A DNA stretch of 64,000 nt, taken from the IMG/VR virus record IMGVR_UViG_3300004369_000003, positions 1-64,000 of that record. One strand, given 5' to 3'. A program made the translations under genes and the position numbers. The notes below the pieces were generated by a model. It made no database searches. It was not told where the DNA came from and was given only the letters and a program-made list of their open reading frames with translations. Positions 9,873-18,211 of this stretch are shown piece by piece; positions within the stretch are counted from its first letter, which is position 1, and each line of letters starts with the position of its first letter. This stretch comes from a virus.

Positions 9873-10683
9873 ATTCGTAGGTAATAGTTGTCTCAACTAT
9901 CTTGAATGTCTCCCCTAAAAACATCCAATCTTTGTGGTCCTCTTCTGCAACCACAACAACTTCGTATGTACCAAGCAAAGGCTGGGGGTCTACATACTCT
10001 CCATTGATAAGGAGCTCAAAATGGAGGTGGGGGCCAGTTGACATACCAGTGTTTCCCACCTCTCCCAACTTCTCTCCTGTTTTTACTACGGAGCCAATCT
10101 TGAGTTCTTTAGGAAAAGAGTTTGTTCTCATGTGGGCGTAGAGAGTCGTCCATTCATCAACTTCACCCTCTGCATTTCCTACAAGATGATTTAGAACTAT
10201 GTAGTTTCCGTAACCACCATTCTCTCCCATCTCAACAACCATTCCGTCTGTGATGGCGTAGATAGGCTCTCCATACCCAGGAACGAAGTCAACACCTCTG
10301 TGGTCGGCACTACACCCGTCGCAAGGAGGAGTTCTCCATCCATAGTCGCTGCTGATTTCTGGGTCATCAACAGGCCATCTGGTGTTTGCAACCTTCATGT
10401 AGTTGATGGTCTTAGTGATTGTAATTCCGTCATCTATGTCTTGCGTCTTTGGCTTAAAGAGTCCCTCTAGTTGCTCTTGAGCAACTTCTGTGATTGTCAT
10501 TGTGTTTGTTGGATACTCGGGTCCTCCTGAGCCGAAGTAGTCGCTCATAAGACTATGAGGGCTTTCCTTCTGAATCAGGACGCTTGTATCTCGAAACTCC
10601 TGACTAGCTTCAGCAGCACTAAAAAGCATTGGAGTAAACAAGTAAAGCGAACTAATAATTACTGCGCTCGTTCTGTGGTGCAT
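9871..10683 (-). CDS. Secreted M23 peptidase
   Basis: Signal peptide ending AEA; HRGVD, YAH and STGPHLHFE motifs. Confidence 0.88.
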   Translation of the reverse strand: MHHRTSAVIISSLYLFTPMLFSAAEASQEFRDTSVLIQKESPHSLMSDYFGSGGPEYPTNTMTITEVAQEQLEGLFKPKTQDIDDGITITKTINYMKVANTRWPVDDPEISSDYGWRTPPCDGCSADHRGVDFVPGYGEPIYAITDGMVVEMGENGGYGNYIVLNHLVGNAEGEVDEWTTLYAHMRTNSFPKELKIGSVVKTGEKLGEVGNTGMSTGPHLHFELLINGEYVDPQPLLGTYEVVVVAEEDHKDWMFLGETFKIVETTITYE

Positions 10684-10938
10684 TTCTGCCCCCTTTTCAT
10701 TACGTCATTCCAGTATAAGCAGAAATTATAATAAACGCCTAATGAAAACTCAAATAAATACAGAAGCACTTTTGAGTTTTTTACATCAGCACAAGTAAGC
10801 CGATGCACTCACATCCCAATAAATAAAAGGGATGTAGCCCCATTGAGTCCATGAGAAAATTTATTTCTAACGTCTTTTCTAGACGTTTTTTCTTTCCCCC
10901 CAAACCGCCCCGTTTTTCTGCATATTTAGGAGAATCTT

Positions 10939-11016
10939 ATGGACCCCGAAATTATTGATGGCTATGCCTGCCCCGTGGACCCCATGGAAGCACTGCAATG
11001 CGAGAGCTGCCAGTAA
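10939..11016 (+). CDS. 25-aa peptide resembling the C-terminal CxxC tail of class I RNR alpha (NrdA)
   Basis: AGGAG RBS; MDPEIIDGYACPVDPMEALQCESCQ*; stop overlaps the nrdB ATG (TAATG). Confidence 0.75.
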   Translation: MDPEIIDGYACPVDPMEALQCESCQ

Positions 11017-11996
11017 TGGGAATTTTAGGTACAGGAATTCAAGAAGGTCTTCTCCTCAAGCCAGTGCGCTATCAGTGGGCCATGGACCTCTACGACCAGG
11101 CTGTTGCTAACACCTGGTTCCCCAACGAGGTTCAACTTGGTGAAGACATCGCTGACTTCAAGAAGATGACGGACGAAGAGCGTCACGCTATTGAGTTTTT
11201 GATGTCTTTCTTCAATCCTTCGGAACTCATTGTCAACAAGGCGCTCGCGTTCGGTGTCTACCCCTACGTCAACGCTCCCGAGGCGCACCTCTACCTCGCG
11301 AAGCAAATGTGGGAAGAAGCCAACCACTGCATGTCGTTTGAGTATGTTCTTGAGACATTCCCACTTGACCGCGAGAAGGCATACGCCCAACATGTTGAGT
11401 CACCGACTATTGCAGCCAAAGAAGCGTTTGAAACCAAGTACATCACTCGCATGACCGAGCACACTCTTGACATCAACACCGTTGAAGGCAAGCAGGATTT
11501 TGTTCGAAACTTGGTGGCATACAACATCATCATGGAGGGCATCTGGTTCTACTCGGGCTTCATGGTTGCTCTGAGTTTCCGTCAGCGCAACCTACTCAGG
11601 AACTACGCATCTCTCATTGATTGGGTTGTTCGTGACGAGAGTCTTCACCTCAAGTTCGGCATCAACCTCATCCTCACCGTTTTGGAGGAGAACCCCGAGA
11701 TTGTGACAGATGAGTTTGTCGCTGAGGTTAGGCAGATGATTCTTGACGCTGTTGAACTGGAGTGCGCTTACAACGAAGAGATGTTCCCTGGTGGCATCTT
11801 GGGTCTTAACCACAAGTACGTCAGTCAGTACACGAAGTACCTCGCAGACCGCCGCTTTGAGGAGTTGGGATTCCCTGCTCACTACAACGTTGGTAACCCT
11901 GCCAAGTGGATGGCGACCGCCAACGACACTCTGCAGTTGGTGAACTTCTTTGAGTCGCTCAACACTTCTTATGAAGTAAATGCAAAGGTGGCTTAA
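11016..11996 (+). CDS. nrdB: Class I ribonucleotide reductase beta subunit
   Basis: W.P.EV.L..D, EEANH, MEGIWFYSGF, RDESLH and NFFE...SYE dimetal/radical-pathway motifs; start placed at MGILG. Confidence 0.92.
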   Translation: MGILGTGIQEGLLLKPVRYQWAMDLYDQAVANTWFPNEVQLGEDIADFKKMTDEERHAIEFLMSFFNPSELIVNKALAFGVYPYVNAPEAHLYLAKQMWEEANHCMSFEYVLETFPLDREKAYAQHVESPTIAAKEAFETKYITRMTEHTLDINTVEGKQDFVRNLVAYNIIMEGIWFYSGFMVALSFRQRNLLRNYASLIDWVVRDESLHLKFGINLILTVLEENPEIVTDEFVAEVRQMILDAVELECAYNEEMFPGGILGLNHKYVSQYTKYLADRRFEELGFPAHYNVGNPAKWMATANDTLQLVNFFESLNTSYEVNAKVA

Positions 11997-12070
11997 AGAT
12001 GACTTGCGGCGACAAGTGCGTCTGTGGTAAGAAATAATAACCACTGTTCGCAACTACAGAAAGAGACAAA

Positions 12071-12217
12071 ATGACACTCCAGGTAATTGAAGTTCAGAGC
12101 AAGGACAAGACTCGGGTCTACAACATTGATGGGCCACAAAGAGAAACAGTTGAGTCCTTCTGGAACTGGCTCAAGACGAACCGAATAATCGAGAGTTTTG
12201 AGATAACTGAAAAGTAG
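12071..12217 (+). CDS. Small hypothetical protein (48 aa)
   Basis: MTLQVIEVQSKDK...FEITEK*, preceded by a purine-rich RBS and followed by a terminator. Confidence 0.5.
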   Translation: MTLQVIEVQSKDKTRVYNIDGPQRETVESFWNWLKTNRIIESFEITEK

Positions 12218-12221
12218 CGTG

Positions 12222-12246
12222 AGCCCCCTCTTCGGAGGGGGTTTTC
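12222..12246 (+). terminator. Intrinsic terminator
   Basis: CCCCCTC-TTCG-GAGGGGG-TTTT (UUCG tetraloop). Confidence 0.85.
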
Positions 12247-12272
12247 GCTTATACTGCCAAAGTAAATTATTC

Positions 12273-12347
12273 GCCCTTGTAGCTCAGTGGTAGAGCAACC
12301 GCCTTGTAAGCGGTAGGTCGTCAGTTCAATCCTGACCGAGGGCTCCA
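12273..12347 (+). tRNA. tRNA-Thr(UGU)
   Basis: Full cloverleaf: GCCCTTG/CGAGGGC acceptor, AGCTCAGTGGTAGAGC D-arm, ACCGC-CTTGTAA-GCGGT anticodon arm, GTTCAATC T-loop, encoded CCA. Confidence 0.95.
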
Positions 12348-12357
12348 ATGGAATAGG

Positions 12358-13131
12358 ATGCTAACTATGTACCCCCAACCATATGTCGCAATCCGAGAAC
12401 AGGTAGTTGAGGTACTTCAGGGTCTAATCAACAAAGACGACCACTACCACTACAAACATGCCAGACGCTTTGCCAGGACTCTGGAAGTCATACTTGACCA
12501 GAAGCCATCTGGAAAACTTTTGGAAGTTGGTACTTCTGGTGTGCTCCCTAAAGCCTTAGAGATTCTTGCCCCCGATGTGGAAGTGCATGTTAGCGAATAC
12601 GCTAACAAAAGTAGCGTCGGTCTCTATGATGAAAAGTATCCGTCTTACCGAGGCAACCTTGAAAAGCACAACCTTCAAGTAGAAGACGAGACTTTTACAT
12701 TCATAATTTGTTCTGAAGTTGTGGAACATATGGAGCAAGACCCAATGGCGATGCTGGCGGAACTTAACAGAGTTGCAAAGCCAAATGCCAAACTTGTTCT
12801 AACCACACCCAACATAACTAGTTCTCGCAACATCTCAAAGATGCTTCGTGGTTTAGACCCTTATTTTTATATGCAGTATCGCAAGTCTGGGTCTACTGAC
12901 CGCCACAATTACGAGTACACCGTTTTTTCTATTGCCAAACTCCTCAACGGCGCTGGCTTCACGGGGTCAGCCTGGACCGAGGACACCTTTGAACTTCCCA
13001 AGAATGAGGACATTCTCAAACTTCGGGGATTGGGCTACCCAATTAAGCATGTAGGAGATAATATTTTCTGTGTAGCCAAAAAAGAGGGGCCTGTAGTAGA
13101 CCGCTATCCATCACCCATCTACGAAGACTGA
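12358..13131 (+). CDS. Class I SAM-dependent methyltransferase (start may be 12367)
   Basis: LLEVGTSG, CSEVVEH and RVAKPNAKLVLTTPN motifs. Confidence 0.8.
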   Translation: MLTMYPQPYVAIREQVVEVLQGLINKDDHYHYKHARRFARTLEVILDQKPSGKLLEVGTSGVLPKALEILAPDVEVHVSEYANKSSVGLYDEKYPSYRGNLEKHNLQVEDETFTFIICSEVVEHMEQDPMAMLAELNRVAKPNAKLVLTTPNITSSRNISKMLRGLDPYFYMQYRKSGSTDRHNYEYTVFSIAKLLNGAGFTGSAWTEDTFELPKNEDILKLRGLGYPIKHVGDNIFCVAKKEGPVVDRYPSPIYED

Positions 13132-13138
13132 GGACGAA

Positions 13139-14089
13139 ATGGAACCATCAAAAATACCCACCATTAAAGAAATGGGCGGGACCATTATTGATGTTCGCCG
13201 TCTAGTCAACCCTGATGACAAGCATTGGTCTTGTACCAACATGTCCATTGGCTACTGGCCCAAGAAGGGCTACGTCGCGGCTTTTCGTTCTAGCAACTAT
13301 GTGATTACCCCTCAAGGCGTCTATCAAGTAGTAGATGGCGGGGCTCACATCAAAAACAAGATTTATTTTGCAGAACTAGACAACGACTTCAAGCCAAAAA
13401 ACCTGAGGCAGATTGACTTCTCAGGAGTTGGAAAATTTGAGCGTGGCTGCGAAGACCCAAAGTTGTTCTATCGTGATGGAGCTTGGCACTTCACCTGCGT
13501 CGTCATGGAATCTCCTCACATTCCTTATGCCCGAATGGCAGTCGCAAAACTTGACTCAAAGTGCACAAAGGTTGTGGATTTCAAAGTCTTACCAGGAAAC
13601 GATTCTCAGCGTCCAGAAAAGAACTGGATGACAACTTATGACAACACCGAGTGCAACTTTGATTTTGTCTATGGTCCTAACCAAGTAATCGTTGGTCGGG
13701 TACTCAATTCGTGGATGACTGACAAGAAAGAAATCTCTCAAATTCGAGGAGGGTCAAACCTCCACTCTCTCAACGATGGAACCTATCTTGGTGTCGTCCA
13801 CAGGACCTTTTTCAAGAACGAGAGTAAGTTTTCGCCAGAGCGCTTCGGGACATTTCAAGTTCAACTTCGCGACTACATTCACTACTTCGCTAGGTATGAC
13901 CAAGACGGATACATCACCCAGTTGTCTCCTGGTTTTAAGTTCTATAGACCTGGTGTAGAGTTTGCGGCTGGTCTTGTCGCTCAGAGGAAAGACCTTCTAA
14001 TTTCTTTCGGAAGGGAAGATGTGTCTAGCCACATTGCTCGTGTCCCACTAGAGACTGTCCTCAAATCACTCAAGCCAGTTGACTACTAG
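13139..14089 (+). CDS. Five-bladed beta-propeller glycosidase/phosphorylase-like protein (GH130/GH43 type)
   Basis: GCEDPKLF, EKNW, IRGGS, VEFAAGL and SFG.ED motifs. Confidence 0.65.
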   Translation: MEPSKIPTIKEMGGTIIDVRRLVNPDDKHWSCTNMSIGYWPKKGYVAAFRSSNYVITPQGVYQVVDGGAHIKNKIYFAELDNDFKPKNLRQIDFSGVGKFERGCEDPKLFYRDGAWHFTCVVMESPHIPYARMAVAKLDSKCTKVVDFKVLPGNDSQRPEKNWMTTYDNTECNFDFVYGPNQVIVGRVLNSWMTDKKEISQIRGGSNLHSLNDGTYLGVVHRTFFKNESKFSPERFGTFQVQLRDYIHYFARYDQDGYITQLSPGFKFYRPGVEFAAGLVAQRKDLLISFGREDVSSHIARVPLETVLKSLKPVDY

Positions 14090-14100
14090 GCTTGACCCCA

Positions 14101-14388
14101 ATGTCAACACATCCTTCAAGGTCAAATCCACCAGAAGACCCAAACGAACTCCACGCGGAGAGGGACAAACTTTCTCGTGAAGTAGAAAAGCCACCCAAGG
14201 AAGAACTTGAATGGCTGACTACAAAAGAACGTTGCGACCAGTGCGGGGCGCAGTCTTATTATTTAGTTTTGTTTGGTGAGGGTAAGGAACTCTACTTTTG
14301 CTACCACCACTACAGGATGCATGAACAAACGTTGTTTGAAGTAGCCGAAGACATCATTGATGAGTCTGAACTACTTACTGGTCGGTAG
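14101..14388 (+). CDS. Small actinobacterial-type zinc-binding protein
   Basis: RCDQCGAQ...LYFCYHH. Confidence 0.6.
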   Translation: MSTHPSRSNPPEDPNELHAERDKLSREVEKPPKEELEWLTTKERCDQCGAQSYYLVLFGEGKELYFCYHHYRMHEQTLFEVAEDIIDESELLTGR

Positions 14389-14776
14389 TTGTTGCTTTCT
14401 TTCGAGGAGCACGCTTTTTAGGTTCAGGCTTAGGCTCTTCTTCAATAGCGTCTTCCTGAGCAATAATCTCTTCCACAGCTTCAGCAAGTTCTTCTGGTGT
14501 TTCAGCAGCCTCAGCCACTGCCTCTAGTTTTGCAGCATCTTTTGCCAGCATCTTTTCAATGGCTGCTACCGATACCTGAGGGCGAACCCAACCAACGTCA
14601 ATAATCTGGTCTGTCTCAGAGGGAACAGCAACAACTTGAAATTCCCCGTCCTTCCAAATAACTGTGGGGTCGGGGAGCATGGTTGAAAGGGGACCGCTCA
14701 CCATACAGTCTTCAATGTGCTTCTTGAGAACAACAGTGTTGTTCGGTGAGTGGCTGTATCCGCATAGACATTTCAT
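14375..14776 (-). CDS. Hypothetical protein
   Basis: 133-aa ORF; TAGAAT-N6-ATG leaderless start. Confidence 0.65.
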   Translation of the reverse strand: MKCLCGYSHSPNNTVVLKKHIEDCMVSGPLSTMLPDPTVIWKDGEFQVVAVPSETDQIIDVGWVRPQVSVAAIEKMLAKDAAKLEAVAEAAETPEELAEAVEEIIAQEDAIEEEPKPEPKKRAPRKKATTTDQ

Positions 14777-14780
14777 AGTT

Positions 14781-15122
14781 TTATTCTACACCTTGTTCTT
14801 TTAGTTCATTCTTCCTCTGCTTCCTTGCGGCGGCGAGGTTGGTTCCAGTTTTGTTCTTCCAGTGCACCGTTTTGATGCGGTCAGTGTGGTAGGACCTGTA
14901 AGAACTGTACCCCTTCTGCCCACCGACGACATCAATCCACTCAGCATCAACCCTCGGGTTGTAGACATGTCTTATGAATCTGAAACGACCTGGAACACCT
15001 TGTATAGACAGTTCTGTGTCCTTGGTGACAATTCGACCGTTAACCTTTAGTTCCTCGGTAATGACCCAATCGTCGTTGGGGCGTGGTTCAACAGGCTTTG
15101 TGTCTTTCCTTCGTCGTGGCAT
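14781..15122 (-). CDS. Hypothetical phage protein
   Basis: GRFRF...EWIDVVG pattern; consensus promoter directly upstream. Confidence 0.7.
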   Translation of the reverse strand: MPRRRKDTKPVEPRPNDDWVITEELKVNGRIVTKDTELSIQGVPGRFRFIRHVYNPRVDAEWIDVVGGQKGYSSYRSYHTDRIKTVHWKNKTGTNLAAARKQRKNELKEQGVE

Positions 15123-15128
15123 TTTTTG

Positions 15129-15157
15129 ATTATACCTCTGTCTATCCTAGAAGTCAA
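15129..15157 (-). promoter_or_regulatory. SigA-type promoter, leaderless
   Basis: TTGACT-N17-TATAAT, 6 nt before the ATG at 15122. Confidence 0.75.
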
Positions 15158-15184
15158 ATCGGCACTTTGGTTTACACTTAGTGT

Positions 15185-16417
15185 ATGGCGACTACTCCAC
15201 GCAGTAATGTTTCAAAACCGTCACGAGACGGGGCCAACGCTTTTCGCGTGGACATGTTCGGGCGTGTCAAGGTTTCCAACCCCCTCACCATTTTTGACTC
15301 TCAGCATCGCTACAAGCGTTCTGGAGATTACAGCGAGATACTGACTGGTGGCGCTACTACCACCTATGACGCAAACAAAAGCATGGTGTCTCTGAACGTC
15401 GGTACGGCTTCAGGTGACAAAGTAGATATGGAAAGCAAGAAGGTCTTTCCTTATCAACCAGGTAAGTCTCTACAAGTGCTTCAGACTTTTGTCTTTGCTC
15501 CTGCTCAGACCAACCTCCGCCAACGTGCTGGCTACTACTCACGCACTAACGGCTACTACCTAGAACTCGACGGAACCCAGCTCTCTTTCGTGCGTCGAAG
15601 CTACGTCACAGGTGAGCTGGTAGAGACCCGAGTGCTTCAGTCCGAGTGGAACGTTGACAAACTTGATGGAACTGGGCCTAGTGACGTAACCCTTGACATC
15701 TCTAAGGCCCAGATTATGTTTTCCGAGTACGAGTGGCTTGGGGCAGGCTCTGTTCGCCTTGGGTTTGCTATTGACGGCAACTTCATCATTGCTCACCAGT
15801 TCAATCACGCAAACTATGTGACCCACCCCTACATCACCACAGCCTCACTCCCACTCCGCTACGAGATTGAGAACACGGGAACGACCGACACCGCTTCATC
15901 TCTTGGTCAAATCTGCGCCAGCGTGATGTCCAACGGTGGCTATGAGAGGCACACGGAAGACTGGACTGCTGCTAGAACCGAAACACAAAACGTCAGTTCA
16001 GACTTTTATCCCATGGTTTCAATTCGCATGGCTGCGGGCAGAACTGACTCAGTAATTATGCCTTCGGGTCTCGACGTTCTTCCAATTGCTCAGGGTAACT
16101 ACGAGTGGGCGCTTATTCGTAATGCAACTATTACTGGTGGTACTTGGGTAAATCACACCCCATCAACAGGAAATGTTGACTACAACATCACTGCCACTGC
16201 TATGACGGGTGGGATTCTCGTTGCTCAGGGGATTATCAACTCCAGCAACCAAGCAACATCATCGGTCCATTTGAATGAGGGCTTCCAGCGCTTTGACCTT
16301 CAGCTCGGACGCACAAACGCAGTTACTCCCGTCAGCGACACGATGACTCTTGCTCTCCGCTCTCTTGGTGGGACTCAATCAGGTATCGCGTCTCTTAGCT
16401 GGGTGGACTTGCTTTAG
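15185..16417 (+). CDS. Putative virion structural protein (beta-rich)
   Basis: D.FGR.KVSNP, F.YQPGKS and EWLGAGSVRLGF motifs shared with the 41933/44462 proteins. Confidence 0.65.
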   Translation: MATTPRSNVSKPSRDGANAFRVDMFGRVKVSNPLTIFDSQHRYKRSGDYSEILTGGATTTYDANKSMVSLNVGTASGDKVDMESKKVFPYQPGKSLQVLQTFVFAPAQTNLRQRAGYYSRTNGYYLELDGTQLSFVRRSYVTGELVETRVLQSEWNVDKLDGTGPSDVTLDISKAQIMFSEYEWLGAGSVRLGFAIDGNFIIAHQFNHANYVTHPYITTASLPLRYEIENTGTTDTASSLGQICASVMSNGGYERHTEDWTAARTETQNVSSDFYPMVSIRMAAGRTDSVIMPSGLDVLPIAQGNYEWALIRNATITGGTWVNHTPSTGNVDYNITATAMTGGILVAQGIINSSNQATSSVHLNEGFQRFDLQLGRTNAVTPVSDTMTLALRSLGGTQSGIASLSWVDLL

Positions 16418-16452
16418 AAATCAACAACTCTTTACTCGTCTAAAATTAAAGA

Positions 16453-16734
16453 ATGAGTGGAGAAGAAAAGCCCGAAGAGGCAGGGGAAGAGAAGATGGCA
16501 GAGCCAACTTTTGATGCCGAGGCATTTGAAGCCGCTGTCGGCACTAGCCCGATGGATGAAGACGCCATGCAGATGCATGAGTTGTTTCTATCTTTGATGA
16601 GAGCTGGCTTCCTAGAGCACCAAGCCCTGAAGTTGGTCGCTTTTCTCATTGACCAAGCAAACCAAGACCAAATCGTTTTTCAGTCTATGATGGACTTAGA
16701 CGACGATGACGATGAAGACGAAGATGACTCCTGA
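16453..16734 (+). CDS. Hypothetical acidic protein
   Basis: MHELFLSLMRAGF..HQAL pattern of small actinophage proteins. Confidence 0.65.
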   Translation: MSGEEKPEEAGEEKMAEPTFDAEAFEAAVGTSPMDEDAMQMHELFLSLMRAGFLEHQALKLVAFLIDQANQDQIVFQSMMDLDDDDDEDEDDS

Positions 16735-17062
16735 AGAAAAAGAGGCAGTCACCGATGAGGTTTGGAAAATCCTCATTGAGACGGGTTGTCTAGTCTTCAA
16801 CGGGTATGACCATCAGGGAGAAGCCACCTACAAAGTAACCGAGAGGTGCCGAGAGTTTTTTCCTGAAATCTTTGAGATGCATCAATCAGATGTAAACTCA
16901 ACTGCCTTTGAACTGTGGCAACTTGGAGTTATTGACATCATGTTCACAGAAAGTTCGGAGAGCATCAGCGTTAGCCCAGCGAACTACGCAAGACTACGAG
17001 AAGTGTCTCACCTTCTTGATGACGACCAGTTGGCGTTTCTTAGAGCGCTACAGAAGGACTAA
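16724..17062 (+). CDS. Hypothetical protein
   Basis: ORF overlapping the end of the upstream gene. Confidence 0.6.
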   Translation: MTPEEKEAVTDEVWKILIETGCLVFNGYDHQGEATYKVTERCREFFPEIFEMHQSDVNSTAFELWQLGVIDIMFTESSESISVSPANYARLREVSHLLDDDQLAFLRALQKD

Positions 17063-18102
17063 ATCCTTCCACCAATCCACTCAATGACGTTCACTGTTAC
17101 AGCGTTGCCCATCTGCTTGTAGCGCGTTGAGTCAGCCTGACCGTCTGTCCAGTTGTCAGGAAAGCCCTGAAGTCTCTCGCACTCGACAGGGGTGAGTCTG
17201 CGAACTCTCGACTTATCCATTATTGCTGGTACGTTTCCGCCACCAGTTCCCCATCTAGAAATCACCGTCTGCATTGTCTGAGACTCAGTGACTCGGACAT
17301 CTCCCACACGGGTTCCGTCCATAATCAAGACCGTTGCTCGTCCTTCTCCGCTGTTGTCAAACGGAGTGAGAGTTGGAGAAACTGACTGGGTTCTCCACAC
17401 TTCAGCGGGAAGATTTCCTTCGCTGTCTCGTGCTCCAGAACGAACTGCCTTGATGTAGGTCGTCAGAGTGTTATCTGACTCGTTAGAGCCTGTTCCAATT
17501 CCTCGGGAAGTGGCTTCCCCCGCCCCGTCGCTCTGCGAATGATTCCCTCGCAGGCTTTCGAACTCAGCGAGTACTTTGCGTCCACCTCGTTCTGGAGTGT
17601 TTGCGACAATAAAGACTCGGCGGCGTCGCTGGGGGACTCCGAAGAATTGCGAATCAAGCACACGCCATTCGATGTCGCTATACCCTGCGTCGGCCAATGT
17701 AGTGAGGACGACTCCGAAATCGCGTCCTCCGTTGCTTGATAGAAGTCCTGCGACATTTTCCAGGATAACAGTTTTGGCTTCAACGTGCGATGCGAAAGAG
17801 ACAGCATCAAAGAAGAGTCCACTTCGTTCTCCAGCGAGCCCAACCCTGCGTCCCGCAACGCTGACATCTTGGCAAGGGAATCCTCCGCAGACAATATCGA
17901 CTCGCCCTTTGAGATTTTCGGCATCAGCCCACTCCTTTGCTGTTACTACATCCGTGTGCTTGGCAACTGTGGGCCAATGCTTTGTAAGTACCTCTAGGCA
18001 CTTCTTATCAATCTCAACTTGACCGACGCAGGTGTGACCAGCCCGTTCCAGCCCAAGGTCAAAGCCTCCGACCCCAGCGAAGAGAGATACAAAAGTTGCC
18101 AT
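17059..18102 (-). CDS. DNA (cytosine-5) methyltransferase
   Basis: SLFAGVGG (I), GGFPCQD (IV), LENV (VI), PQRRRRVF (VIII), RRLTPVECERLQGFP (IX), YKQMGNAV (X). Confidence 0.93.
   Translation of the reverse strand: MATFVSLFAGVGGFDLGLERAGHTCVGQVEIDKKCLEVLTKHWPTVAKHTDVVTAKEWADAENLKGRVDIVCGGFPCQDVSVAGRRVGLAGERSGLFFDAVSFASHVEAKTVILENVAGLLSSNGGRDFGVVLTTLADAGYSDIEWRVLDSQFFGVPQRRRRVFIVANTPERGGRKVLAEFESLRGNHSQSDGAGEATSRGIGTGSNESDNTLTTYIKAVRSGARDSEGNLPAEVWRTQSVSPTLTPFDNSGEGRATVLIMDGTRVGDVRVTESQTMQTVISRWGTGGGNVPAIMDKSRVRRLTPVECERLQGFPDNWTDGQADSTRYKQMGNAVTVNVIEWIGGRI
17463..17924 (-). CDS. Nested alternate-frame protein inside the C5 methyltransferase
   Basis: AAAGGAG 7 nt before the ATG; C-terminus LSQTLQNEVDAKYSLSSKACEGIIRRA..RGKPLP resembles the post-motif-VIII segment of C5 MTases. 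Confidence 0.7.
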   Translation of the reverse strand: MPKISKGESILSAEDSLAKMSALRDAGLGSLENEVDSSLMLSLSHRTLKPKLLSWKMSQDFYQATEDAISESSSLHWPTQGIATSNGVCLIRNSSESPSDAAESLLSQTLQNEVDAKYSLSSKACEGIIRRATGRGKPLPEELEQALTSQITL

Positions 18103-18127
18103 GAGAAAAAGCTTACCCTACCAACCC

Positions 18128-18186
18128 TTGATTGCCAAGAGGACACTACTTATAATCTTGACTCATCAACGGTTTATGCGTAATAT
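18128..18186 (+). promoter_or_regulatory. Tandem SigA-type promoters
   Basis: TTGATT-N17-TATAAT (18128-18156) and TTGACT-N17-TAATAT (18158-18186). Confidence 0.65.
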
Positions 18187-18211
18187 GTTCATAAAGACGG
18201 AGGAGATATAA

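Noticed and set aside
10690-10938. Cobalamin riboswitch or NrdR box upstream of nrdB
   Set aside because: No B12-box or NrdR-box consensus recognised; region is AT-rich
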